From Anolis carolinensis (lineage: Eukaryota): DNA of 64,000 nt. This document shows positions 24,701-36,499 of this stretch, piece by piece (position 1 is the stretch's first letter; every line of letters begins with the position of its first letter). The notes under the pieces were generated by a model, which had not been told where the DNA came from, did no database searches, and saw only the letters and a program-made list of their open reading frames with translations. The stretch is from the NCBI RefSeq assembly GCF_035594765.1, contig NW_026943819.1, positions 29,686,703 through 29,750,702 of the forward strand. The letters run 5' to 3'. Made by a program: the position numbers and the translations under genes.

Positions 24701-27700
24701 CTTAAAAGCGTTTTGCACTGTGGAATCTTTGCGGTGTCAACGTTGCTTCTTTGGAGAAAGGTGTCCCCGTAATTTGCTCCAGTTTCCAAGCCAAGTACTT
24801 CCCGTTCCAGTTGCAGTCGGGTTGAGTTAAACCACGACTCTGGAATAGACTCTACTTTTACTCCGGTTGTTATTTCCTTGTTCCTGTTTCAAGATTGCCT
24901 CCGCTTTGGCATCGTGTTGCCTTGATCGCTAAGAAGCATCGCCTGAGGATTGAACTCTGTTTTTGTCAGCCTTGTTTCCTTGTTGCATTTCATGGACTAG
25001 ATTGCTTGGGAGAGCTAACGAGCTCTCATTGTGGATTATAATTTCTGACCTTTCCTTCTACTCATCTGGGGTCACATTTGACTTTTCAGAAAGAACTATC
25101 TTCACCTCAAACTCTATAACTATTTTCATCTGGATTTATATTTGCTTTAATAAAGATATTAGATGTTATATTGGCTCCTGTCTGGTTTTCGAGTGCTCAC
25201 GCAGCCTTGGGGTGTAACACCACCCACCTCCCATTCCAGCCACAGCCTCTGCTCACCACCAGGAACCGGACGAAGCCGTTGAGCAGGACGGGCGCATAGA
25301 AGCGGCGCATGAAGGCCGGGAGGCGCGCCTCGTGCCGCTTCTCCTCGGGGGACCCTCCGTCCGGCTCCAGGCGGAAGCAGCAGCAGAAGTCCAGGCGGGA
25401 GTCCTGCAAAGGCCAAGCGGGTCAAGACGGGGCCACGGTCCGGCAAGAAGGCCTGAGGAGCCCTTCCCTGGGCCTGTCCCCTCCTCTCCTCACTGACCTC
25501 CTGCCGGCGGACGTCCAGGGCCAGGAGGGCCACAAAGGCCGACATCTGGAGCAGGAAGTCAAAGAGGACGGCCAGGGCGGCATAGAGGGCAAAGGTCTTG
25601 ACGGCCGGCATCGGGATCAGGGCTCCTGCAGCGGATGGACGGAGAGAGCGACAGAGGGGCCTCAGCGGAGGATGGGACTGCCAACTCTCTCGTGGTTGGC
25701 TATCTCCCTAAGCATGCGCTCGAGGTGCGTTAGGGATTCCTCTTCTTCAGAAGAGGAAGGGGAGCAGGAAAGTGGGCAGTTGGAATCTGAGGAGAAGATT
25801 TTGCAAGTACCCACATTTCAGGAGAGGCGAAAGGAAACAGAGCAGGGATGTCGTTCAGCTATAATAGCTGCCAGAAATGCAGCTGAGTAATTAGGAACTG
25901 CCCTGGCAGCTATAAAGGGCTATAAAGCAGAAGCAGGTGCAGACAGCTCTTGCTGGTAACAAACTGACTCTAATGCCTAAGCCTTCGCTCCCCGTGTGCC
26001 TGCTCCGAGTCTGCATCTGGGAAACTGCTCCTAAGGAATTAGTGTTACTTCTTGTTCTGTAGTAAGACTGCTATTTGATTTGGAAATTTACCAGAGACTA
26101 AGAACTGCGTTTCCCCTAAGACTTCCTTGCTTCATTTTGCATTATTCCACTGAGTGGGCTGTACTTTATGTTTTGCTGAAGTAAAGCAGTTTTCATTTAC
26201 TTGCCACAGTGTTTTAAGGCTGTTCTTCAAAGACAAAACAGGACAAGGTGGTGCAAGAGGCTCCCCACCCAACCACTCCTTCTGTTCTCACAACCCCGCT
26301 GTGAGCAGGTCAGTCCCAGTGAGGAAACAGGACCAGCTTGTTATTCTGTTTTGCAAATGCTTGCAAGGAAGGTTATGGCAACCGTTTTTTGGGACAGGAA
26401 AGGTGTACTTCTTGCAAAACCTTAGAAGAGGGATCCAGGACAAGCTTGGGGGAAAGTTGGGCGCATGCACATGCGCAGCTGCGAGAAGGGTTGAGGACGC
26501 AAGCCAAGCGGCAAAGTTTGGTGGGGAAGGACTTTCCAAACTCTTTTATCACTATGAGAAGTGCCTAGATTTCAATGGGGACTATGTTGAGAAGTGGTAT
26601 TTGGGTCTGGCTTTCAACTGCATATGGTAAATGTTTTCTCCTATACTTAGTTCATTTTTAATTCCAAAACGTAATCTACTTTCTGGATAGCCCTTGGAGT
26701 TACATAGAATCTGTATGTCTAAAAGTTGCTTTGTAAATGTTCTGATATGCCTTCTCAATCTGAAATTGCAATAAAAAGAACCTTTGTTTAAAAGGTATTC
26801 ATGACACAAGGTAGCCTTGAGCACGCAATGAGTGACCCAAATCTGGCAGCCCCAAAGCAGGCACCCCTCTCTCTCCCTTCCTTGCCATCAAAGTTGCCAA
26901 CAACAGGCTTCATGGGGCACCCTTGGCTATGCCCACCTCCATGGCTAAAGGCGCCAATTGCATGCACATACACACACCATTTGGCATGGAAGTGGCCCCG
27001 GAAGCGTCCTGACTCACCCAAGTAGAAGCAGATGACCTCCGAGAGGCTGCAGAGAAGCATGCTGGGTGCCACCTCTCCCAGGACCCTCCCGATTCGCTCC
27101 TCTATGGTCTCCCCCGGCTGGGGTTCGGCCCTCTGCAGAAAGAGAAGAAGAGAGTGTTAATGTTTTTGTGATATGGAGTGAAATGTTTAATCTACTGTTG
27201 CTGTGAAAGTGTATGTATTTCGTTCCTGCAAGCATTCCAGCAGACAAGAGGTTAATTGCAGCGAGCCCTGATTGATTGCTGGAAGGGCAAATGACAAATA
27301 CTTCCATTTGTGCTACGTGACAGGAAGATACATCACAGGCTGTGGATTGCAGAGGAGGTGATACTTTTCCCAAGATCATAATTTCTCCAAAAGGTTATGA
27401 TTTTTAACAAGTTGATACTTTCCCAAAGGTCATAATTTCTCCAAAAGGTTGTGATTTCTAACAAGGTGATACTTTTCCCAAGAACATAATTTCTCCAAAA
27501 GGTTATCATTTCCAACAAAGTGATACATTTCCAAAGATCATAATTTCTTCAAAAGATTATGATTTCTATCAAGGTGATGCCTTTCCAAAGATCATAATTT
27601 CTCCAAAAGGTTACGATTTCTAATAAGGTGATACTTTCCCCAAGATCATAATTTCTCCAAAAGGTTATGATTTCTAATAAGGTGATACTTTCCCCAAGAT

Positions 27701-30700
27701 CATAATTTCTCCAAAAGGCTATGATTTCTAACAAGGTGATACTTTTCCCAAGATCATTATTTCTCCAAAAGGTTATGATTTCCAACAAGGTGATACTTTT
27801 CCCAACATCGTAACTTCTCCAAAAGGTTATGATTTCTATCAAGGTGATACATTTCCAAAGGTCATAATTTCTCCAAAAGGTTATGGAGATTTCTCTTTTC
27901 CAAACTCCCGGCATGTTCCGCACCTGGTATTCCAGCACGAAGATGAAGATGTTGTCTGCGCCGAGGGCCAGGACCAGGAAGGGCACGACCTCGAGGATGA
28001 TGAGGGAGGAAGGCACCCCGATGTAGGAGTACAAGCCCAGCGAGGAGAGGACGGCTCCCAGCACCACCAGGATGCCCCCCAGGCCCAGCGTCACCTTGGA
28101 GTCCACCTGGGAGAAGCGGGAACGGGTTCAAGATGTGCACACACTCCTGGCCATTGGGACCCCGGGCACCCCTTCCTTCCTTCACCTCCCTTCCACACTG
28201 GTCTTTTCGGTCTCTCTATAGTTGAGTGAATGGCAAAATGTAATCTTTAGAGATTTTTCCTTTTGTGTTATTGAAGGCTTTCATGGCCGGAATCACTGGG
28301 TTGCTGTGAGTTTTCTGGGCTGCCTGGCATGTTCCAGAAGCATTCTCTCCTGACGTTTCGCCCACATATATGGCGAGGTGGCGAGGTCTGTTGGAAACTA
28401 GGCAAGTGGAGTTTATATATCTGTGGAATAATGTCCAGGGTGGGGTAAAGAATTCTCGTCTGTTGGAGGCAAGTGGGAATGTTGCCATTGGCCACCTTGA
28501 TTAGCATGGAATAGCCTTGCAGCTTCAAAGCCTGGCTGTTCCCTGCCTTGGGGAATCCTTTGTTGGGAAGTGTTAGCTGGCCCTGATTGTTTCCTGTCTG
28601 GAATTTGCCTGCTTTCAGAATGTTGTCGTTGGGGTTCTAGCTGCTTTCTGCCTGCGGGAATCCTTTGGTGAGAAGTGTTAGCTGGCTCTGATTGTTTCCT
28701 GTCTGGGATTCGCCTGCTTTCAGAATGTTGTCATTGGGGTTCGCGCTGCTTTCTGCCTGCGGGAATCCTTTGGTGAGTAGTGTTAGCTGGCCCTGATTGT
28801 TTCCTGTCTGGAATTCGCCTGCTTTCAGAATGTTGTCATTGGGGCTTGAGCTGCTTTCTGCCTGCGGGAATCCTTTGTTGGGAAGTGTTAGCTGGCCCTG
28901 ATTGTCTCCTGTCTGGAATTCCCGTTTTCTGAGTGTTGTTCTTTATTTACTGTCCTGATTTTGGAGTTTTTAAAATACTGGTACAGGTATATAAACCCCA
29001 CTTGCCTAGTTTCCAACAGACCTCACAACCTCTGACGATGCTTGGCATAGATGTGGGGGAAACGCCAGGAAAGAATGCGTCTGAAACATGGCCAGATAGC
29101 CCGGAAAAATCATTGATTGCTGGAAACTGAATGCTCTACTAAGCATTGTTTTTGCATTTTAAGATATCCTGAAATCTGGACGAGGGGCCCTTAACAGGTT
29201 TCTTGTCTGGACCCCCTCCCCTAACATGAATGGGACCCCTTCCTACCAGGACACGCCTGCACGTGGAGTACTGGCCCAGGGCCAGGGTTATGTAGACGAA
29301 GATCAGGAGGTAGCTGAGGCCGAAGATGGGCAGGTCCTCCCAGGTGGAGCGGCTGATCTCGTCCTCCAAGGAGCGCTGGAGAGGAAGGAAAAGGGAAGAG
29401 GAGGAGAACCACGTTGGAACGTGGTCAGTGCCGGGCCAGACGGAGGACATGCCGCCCTAGTTTCTCCTCGGTCCTTTGGGTTTCAGTGGGTCCCCTCTGA
29501 ACATGACTAAGACTAGGTCTTATAATAAGCTTATTTACATACAGTACATAGATAAATAGTACAATATAGTAACATACTGTATATACTCGAGTAAAAGCCT
29601 AGTTTTTCAGCCCTTTTTTTTAAGACTGAAAAAGCCCCCCTCGGCTTATGTTGGAGTATGTATGTATGTGTATGAAATGTGAATCAGGTGTTTCTGCTGT
29701 TTTGCAAGAGTGTGTGTTTCAGCAATGAAACAGTTAACAGCAGGCTGGTTTGACTGACAGCCTGCTATGACCTATCAGGCATGATTTCCGGCCTTTGGAG
29801 GTCGGACTGAGGAATGTGTTGTTCTTATCTCTGTGTGGAGCTGGTGCTTGCCGAGCGAAGAGGCTATAGAAGAGAAATGCCAGCTCAGAGCGCTGGCTTT
29901 TGCTATGCTTTGTAAATATGTATGAAATAAATGTTTGGACTTCAGACTACAGATGTGTTTGAGTCTGACCCCCCCCCCCCCCAAATTACCTCCGCCATGT
30001 AGGCGACGTTGTAGCGGTGGGCATGTTCCCTCTGGAATTCCTGCACGATCTTGAGGAACTGCTCCTCCCAGAGCATCACGAAGTCAAAGCGGGGGTCGCT
30101 GGAGGGGAAGTTGTTCAGGGAGACGGTCAGGATGAGGGCCTCCGCCCCGGAGTAGTCCAGCCCTGTGGGGCAGGCGGGAGGGTCAGCTGAGGAAATGCCA
30201 CCGGGATGTTGGTGAAGCTTCCCTAGAGATCTCTGGGGCTGCCCCTCTTGTGTTGGGTCTCCTTGTCCAGGCCCTTCTCCGGTTCAGGACCACGGACAGG
30301 TCTCCCTTCCGGCTTTCCTTCTCCTCCTGCTTCTATCTATCTCCTTATCCCAGATTATCTGATAGTGGAGACTCACAAAATCCAGTTTAAATCAGATAAT
30401 CTGGGATCAGATCCTAGGATATATATAGGGCAGCGTAGAAGGACCCGAGTCTCAGTGTAGACGGGGCCACGGGTGAAACCACCAGCTACAGAAGATCTTG
30501 CCGACTGGAAGGTTGACAGCTCAAGCCGTTTGTGGGTTGAGCTCCTGCTGTCAGCCTAGCTTCTGCCTACCTAGCAGTTCAAAAACAGCAATGATGGATC
30601 TGGACCAACCTTGCCATGGATAATGGGACTTGCAGTACCTTCACTGATACTGTGACTCCCCACCAACAATGGACTGGGACCAAACTGGGTACAGAGAAGC

Positions 30701-33700
30701 CCCATAACCAACTGAACATACTGCAGGGGTCAGTGGCAATGGACCTTGGTTTTGGGAGTTGCATCAAGAAAGCATCCAGAAAGCATGGTTTGGGGTGAGT
30801 GACCTCGGATCTGAGAGCTGTAGTTCACCCTTATCCAGACAGCCCTGAACCCAGCTGACAACGGATCTGGACCAAACTTGGCACACAGACCCAACATACA
30901 GGCCTGGTTTGGGGGTGAGTGACCTCAGATCGGGGAGCTGTAGTTCACCCTTATCCAGACAGCCCAGAACTCAGCCGACAATGGATCTGGACTAAACTTG
31001 GCACGCAGACCCAACATGGCCAACTGCGAGTACTGGCAGGGTTTTGGGGTGCTTGCCCTGGGAATCTGGGAGTTGCAGTTCACCCTTATCTGTGTGTACA
31101 GGCCTGGTTTGGGGATGAGTGACCTCGGATCTGGAAATTGTAATTCACCCTTATCCAGAGAGCCCTGAACCCAGCCAGAACCGGGCCGGGCCCACTTTCC
31201 TACCTGAGTAGCCCCCCACGGCCAGGAAAGGGAAGACGGGGGCCCCGTAGTCGGCCATGCAGCTCAGCCCCAGGGCCGTGATGTCCTTGAAGGAGAGCGG
31301 GGAGCTGTGGGCAGAGGAACACAGCCGTGGAGGTCAAGCCCACCCCAGGAGAGGACCTTCCGTGGCCCCTTCCTTCCTTCCTTCCTTCCTTCCTTCCTTC
31401 CTTCCTTCCTTCCTTCTGTCCTTCTCCATCCCACATCTCTCCCTCCGGAGCCACTTCCCAGTCTAACCCAGAGCCAGCCCAAGGTTCTGACGAGCAGTAG
31501 GCGAACAGAATTTTTGGTGCCCCCCAAACCTTTTAAAACATTATTTTTATTATATGTACTGCTGACTTGAAGGTGGGCACCGCAGGCAGAAATCAGCAAG
31601 ACGGTGAGCTCCGATCAGTCACCCCAGCACCTTGGCTGTTTCACATGGTGGCTGGCCTGCCTTTCGTCACGTGTCTCGAGCGAAGTTCCGCACATGCGCA
31701 GAGGAGTCCCATCGGCCATTTTAGGCAATGGGACTCATGCACATGCGCAAGGCTTTGCTCACTTGCTCACGCAATGACAAAAGGCACACAAGCCGCCCGT
31801 CCGCATGAGCGATGGAAGCCCTGCACATGCGCAAAGCAGTCCCATTGCTCAAAGTCGCCGATGGGACTCCTCTGCGCATGCGCAAGGCTTCTGAAGCCAA
31901 AAAAAGGATGGGAGATGCCTTACGTCACTGCGCAAGCGAGCGAAGCCCTGCGCATGCGCAAAGCAGTCCCATTGCCCAAAATGGCCAATGGGACTCTTCT
32001 GCGCATGTGCAAAGCTTCTGAAGCCAACAAAAGGATGGGAGATGACGCCTTACGTCACTGCGCAAGCGAGCAAAACCTTGCGCATGCGCAAAGCAGTCCC
32101 ATTGCCCAAAATGGCGGATGTGACTCCTCTGCGCATGCGCAAGGCTTCTGAAGCCGAAAAAAGGATGGGAGATGACGCCTTACGTCACTGCGCAAGCGAG
32201 CAAAACCCTGAGCATGCGCAAAGCAGTCTCATTGCCCAAAATGGCCGATGTGACTCCTCTGCGCATGCGCAAGGCTTCTGAAGCCGAAAAAAGGATGGGA
32301 GATGACGCCTTACGTCACTGCGCAAGCGAGCAAAACCCTGAGCATGCGCAAAGCAGTCTCATTGCCCAAAATGGCCGATGTGACTCCTCTGCGCATGCGC
32401 AAGGCTTCTGAAGCCGAAAAAAGGATGGGAGATGACGCCTTACGTCACTGCGCAAGCGAGCAAAACCCTGAGCATGCGCAAAGCAGTCCCATTGCCCAAA
32501 ATGGCCGATGTGACTCCTCTGCGCATGCGCAAGGCTTCTGAAGCCGAAAAAAGGATGGGAGATGACGCCTTACGTCACTGCGCAAGCGAGCAAAACCCTG
32601 AGCATGCGCAAAGCAGTCCCATTGCCCAAAATGGCCGATGTGACTCCTCTGCGCATGCGCAAGGCTTCTGAAGCCGAAAAAAGGATGGGAGATGACGGCA
32701 GGCAACAGCGGCACCACGTTTACACTGAGGCGCCTTGAGAGCGCCCCCTGTTGGCGTGCGCTACTGGTGTCTGCTTACTTCGCCTCGCAGTCGGGCCGCC
32801 TCTGGTCCGACCGAAGGGTCCTTGATCCCACAGGTACCCCCACCCCCAGGCTGCCCCCTCCTCTGCACTCACTTGATGCAGTAGAGGAAGTGGTCCCTCC
32901 AGTCGACGGTGCTGGTCTGACCCTTCAGCGTTTGGGTGGCGGTCATCTCCAGCCGCGTCCGGTTGTTCTGGAAGTACTGGAGGAGGCTGTTGAGGGCGCA
33001 GTCGGTCAGGGAGGGCTGCTGCGGGTTGAGCGGGGCGTAGCAGACGTCCTTCAGCGAGACGTTCCGCCCGTGGGCCTCCGACCAGACCACGATGCCCTGC
33101 AGCCGCTGCTGCAGCTCCAGCAGGTCCAGCAGCACCTCCATGGAGAGCACGCCGCTGAAGTTGCTCTGGCCCATCACCAGAGAGTTGTAGCTGTAGCCGG
33201 AACGGTTCCGGGCCGTCAGGAAGACCTGGTTGGTGCGGAAGAAGGGGCCGAAGTGCTCCTCGTAGAAGGCCTTCTCCTGCCGGGCCTGGCTGTCCGGGGC
33301 CGACCACAGCTCCACGGGGTTCGTGGTCATCTGGACGGAGGCCAGGCCGCTGGAGAGGACCACCACCACCAGGACACAGATGATGATGACCGTGCGCGGG
33401 TAGGAGGCCACCAGCGTGCCCCAGCTCCTGAAGACCCTGGACAGGAACCTGTCGGTGGCCCGGCCGATCTTCTGGGAACAAGGGAGCCTGGGCTGGGGCT
33501 CTTGAGGGCCTCCTGGCCCCGCCGTCTTCTCCCACGGCCCGCCCTGACCCTTGGACTTCCCTCGTGGTGACGAGGAGCAGCGCTGGCAGCTCAGGGCCAC
33601 CACGAAGAGAACGAAGAGGACCATGAAGAGCAGGAGGCAGAGGAAGAGGACTCCACTCAGGAGCCCAACCTGGAAGGGCGCTGCAGGAGGCCGCGGGGCC

Positions 33701-35422
33701 TCGATCGCCGGGCAAGATCGAGCGCAGTCCTGGCAGGAGCACTTCTCGCCGGTGCCGTTGCCCACGGGCTCCCCGCAGCTCCAGACTGTGGCGTTGAAGG
33801 GCACGATGCCACCCGCCGGGGCCGGGGAGCCCGGGGTCACCAGGCGGAAGTCGATGGCCAGCGGAGCCAGGCCGTTGCTGACGTCGCCCTGGTAGTCCAG
33901 CCACCGCTGGGTGTTGCAGAGAGTCGCCCCGTACTTGCCGCACATGGCGCCGACCGCGAAGCCACCCGTGGCCGGGATGCGCACGCCTTTGCAAGAGTCG
34001 TACGTGGCGTCCGCAAAGGCCTGGTCGTAGAAGCACTGGTACTCCAGGACGCCCAGCGCATGGCTGCCGTTGGAGAAAGTGTGGGCGAAGGTGCGGGTGA
34101 CGTTGGCGAAGAGACTCTGGTCCGGGGAGCAGATGTTCTGGCAGTGGAGGTTGCCGAAGTTCTCGGCGCAGGAGGGGCAGCGGGAGAGGATCACCCGCGA
34201 GACGCGCAGGCTGCTCTCGAGGGCGGACAGCTGGGCCTCCGAGCAGCAGGCGAAGGTGGAGTCCGTGCCCGTGAAGAGGACCGGGCAGACGCTGCGCAGG
34301 CGCTGCAGGTGGGACCCCGAGAGGAGGCGGGCCGGCGTGTTGGAGACGCAGGGGACCGTGTTGCCCTGAAGAAGGCTCCCGTTGACCTCGGGGTTCTTGC
34401 CGCAGTCGCCGTAGAAGGCGCAGTAGCCCTGGCGGTGGACCGGGGTGGCAGCCGCCGCCTGGGAGGGAAGGAGCGAGAGAAAAAGTCCATCCAACAAGCC
34501 TTCGACCATCTATATATATAAAAGAGTGATGGAATCCTGGCGACCCACAAAACAACAAAACTACAGGCCCCCCAACCTCGAAAATTGACAACACAACCCC
34601 TCATCCACGCCTCTAGGTTGATACAACAAAAAGAAAAGAAAAATAAAGTCCTCATTAGAGGGAGAGGAATAATTGTTTTTTATCCAATTGCTGCCAGTTA
34701 GAAGGCTAAGCTCTGCCCACTTGGTCTCCTAGCAACCTACTCAGCCCAGGGGACAGGCAAAGTTAGGCCTCACTTAGGCCTCTGTATTGCCTATAAAATA
34801 CAGACACCACCAGACAACGCCACAGCAACGCGTGGCCGGGCACAGCTAGTGTTTAATAATACTTATGAGGACCTTCAGATTCTCTAATAAGCCCTTTGCA
34901 GCTCGTATTTTATTATTTTTAACCGGCGGTTACTGTGAAGAGCCGGGCTGTGGCGCAGCTGGTTAGTAGCCAGCTGCAATAAATCACTACTGACCTGAGT
35001 TTGAACCCTGGGTCGGATTGAGTGCCCGACCATTAAATAGCCCCAGCTCGTTGTTGACCTAAGCAACCCGAAAGACTGTTGCATCTCTCAAGTAGTAGCC
35101 TCCAGTGGCCTAGGGGATAAAAGCTTCGTGACTTGAAAGTTGGGTTGCTGACCCGATTCTCTAATAAGCACTTTACAACTCTGAGATTGAATACCTACAG
35201 CTTTGAGGAGTTTCTGATTTTTGACTTCAATCAAAGCAGGCTCTTCACTTTGCTTTCCATATTCTGCCAGGGCATGTTCTTCTTCTTTGACGGCTTGTTT
35301 GACTTGTAAGAGTCCTCTGACCCCTGATCTTCTAGGCAGATATAGCCGGTCAACATCACTGCGAGGGTGCAGTGAATGATGAATGGTCATGAGTTTTCTT
35401 GTTTTTCTGTCCAAGTTGTCCA

Positions 35423-35482
<60 letters not shown>

Positions 35483-35583
35483 TGAAACACAATAAGGTGA
35501 GTCCACAGCAGACACTCTGCTGGCTGTTGAATTGGATCACCCATCGGACACTTCCCAAGTGTCTAATGAATTATTATTATTAA

Positions 35584-35635
<52 letters not shown>

Positions 35636-35735
35636 GAAACACAACAAGATGAGTCCACAGCAGACACTCTGCTGACTGTTGAATTGGATCACCCGTCGGA
35701 CACTTCCCAAGTGTCTAATGAATTATTATTATTAA

Positions 35736-35783
<48 letters not shown>

Positions 35784-35878
35784 TGAAACACAACACAATG
35801 AGTCCACAGCAGACACTCTGCTGGCTGTTGTATTGGATCACACGTCGGACACTTCCCAAGTGTCTAGGACTGTGTGAT

Positions 35879-35918
<40 letters not shown>

Positions 35919-36482
35919 TATTATTTACTTGATTTATAGCCATTGTAGGTACTGGGATGTATAGTTCACCTACAATCAAAGAGCACTCCAATGATGGCCC
36001 TAGATCTAATATTTCCTACAGAACCCCCATGATCCACAAAACATGCAGGAGGTCTTTGGGGGAAATTTACCTTGATTTGGGGGAGTTGTAGTTCACCTAC
36101 ACCCAGAGAGCACTGTGAACCCAAACACCGATGCGTATGGACCCAACTTGGCACTCATACCTGATATGCTGACATTTGATTACTGCAGGGGTTTAGTGGG
36201 AAATGACCTTCCTTTCTGGGAGTTGTAGTTAACAGAGGAATCGATCAGCAACTGAACAAGAGGTTAGGGGAGAATTCACCATGATTTACAGGAGTTGTAC
36301 TTGACCGACATCCAGAGAGCACTGTTCATCCAACCAATGATGGATCTGGACCAACCTTGCCATGGATAATGGGACTTGCAGTACCTTCACTGATACTGTG
36401 ACTCCCACCAACAAGACCCCAGACTCACCAGTGCTGCGTGGGCCCGGACCAGCACCAAGGCCAGGAGGGTGGCACTCAGCAT
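14091..36482 (-). CDS. NPC1L1: NPC1-like intracellular cholesterol transporter 1, 19 coding exons, 1330 aa
   Basis: Exons 36482-36429, 34458-32873, 31304-31204, 30162-29990, 29375-29247, 28106-27924, 27132-27018, 25625-25498, 25403-25257, 23136-23047, 22954-22764, 21188-21061, 20915-20789, 19135-19080, 18877-18727, 17734-17503, 15705-15592, 15432-15270 and 14215-14091. All are GT-AG and in frame (3993 nt). Signal peptide, Cys-rich NTD ([14 protein letters not shown]), [11 protein letters not shown], sterol-sensing domain ([23 protein letters not shown]) and RND-like C-terminal TMs are present. Exon structure and neighbours DDX56/TMED4 fit NPC1L1 rather than NPC1. Confidence 0.97.
14271..15110 (+). 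mobile_element. LTR-like element (TGTTGG..CCAACA) in the last NPC1L1 intron
   Basis: Inverted termini, TATAAAA and AATAAA are present. Internal blocks are repeated at 15805-16610 and 17180-17307, and a related 5' part lies at 29649-29965. No TSD found. Confidence 0.5.
19237..20135 (+). mobile_element. Solo LTR (Gypsy-like) inserted in a Sauria SINE
   Basis: TG..CA termini and 5-bp TSD ATTTC (19232-19236 and 20136-20140). The SINE resumes seamlessly on both sides. Confidence 0.88.
21352..22383. mobile_element. Cluster of R4/Dong fragments in both orientations around a (TTA)n/(TAA)n tract
   Basis: Minus copy at 21352-21637; plus copies at 21796-22000 and 22017-22383. The latter has the CCHC finger ([18 protein letters not shown]), RHN and PD..D motifs. 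Confidence 0.75.
23304..24194 (+). repeat. 6 x 147-bp tandem array derived from a retroposon 3' region
   Basis: GTGAGCTCC starts at 23304, 23451, 23598, 23745, 23892 and 24039. Only the last unit finishes with the stem-loop partner AAGTCGCTTCTGACAC. Confidence 0.85.
24342..25219 (+). mobile_element. Solo LTR (Gypsy-like)
   Basis: TGTTATACCCC..GGGGTGTAACA termini, 5-bp TSD CCACC, and AATAAA near the 3' end. Confidence 0.88.
26330..26693 (+). mobile_element. Decayed mariner transposase fragment with 3' TIR
   Basis: [17 protein letters not shown] (mariner catalytic-domain motif); ends ..CTTTCTGGATAGCCCT. Confidence 0.65.
27356..27884. repeat. 54-bp minisatellite, about 10 copies
   Basis: Unit AGGTGATACTTTTCCCAAGATCATAATTTCTCCAAAAGGTTATGATTTCTAACA. 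Confidence 0.9.
28268..29107. mobile_element. Penelope-like element: long minus copy with internal 105-bp tandem repeats plus inverted short plus copy
   Basis: Units GGGAATCCTTTG.. start at 28551, 28656, 28761 and 28866. The inverted terminal copy spans about 28985-29107. Confidence 0.7.
31689..32697. repeat. 130-bp CpG-rich tandem array (about 6.8 units) preceded by an inverted partial unit
   Basis: GATGACGCC starts at 32041, 32171, 32301, 32431 and 32561. The segment 31689-31767 is the reverse complement of part of the unit. Confidence 0.92.
34509..34849 (+). mobile_element. Non-autonomous Helitron
   Basis: A|TC...CTAG|T junctions, no TSD, subterminal hairpin GCCAC(AGCAACGC)GTGGC. Confidence 0.85.
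35190..35880 (-). mobile_element. R4/Dong internal fragment plus three 3'-UTR pieces separated by (TTA)n
   Basis: [34 protein letters not shown] (RT C-terminal region). Repeated GGACACTTCCCAAGTGTCTA 3' units at about 35482, 35635 and 35783. Confidence 0.65.
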
Positions 36483-36499
36483 CCTGGCACTCTCTCAGC

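Noticed and set aside
25670-26245. Additional solo LTR
   Set aside because: LTR-like composition and a CA end, but I could not find a TG start or TSD.
27356-32697. CRISPR-like appearance of regular repeats (54 bp and 130 bp)
   Set aside because: Head-to-tail units with no unique spacers, no cas genes, and a eukaryotic context.
32720-34594. 624-aa ORF and other long ORFs overlapping NPC1L1 exon 2
   Set aside because: Shadow frames of a high-GC3 coding exon; the 624-aa frame begins inside a Helitron.
14091-36482. Calling the gene NPC1
   Set aside because: The very large exon 2, 19-exon layout, missing C-terminal dileucine signal and DDX56/TMED4 synteny all indicate NPC1L1.
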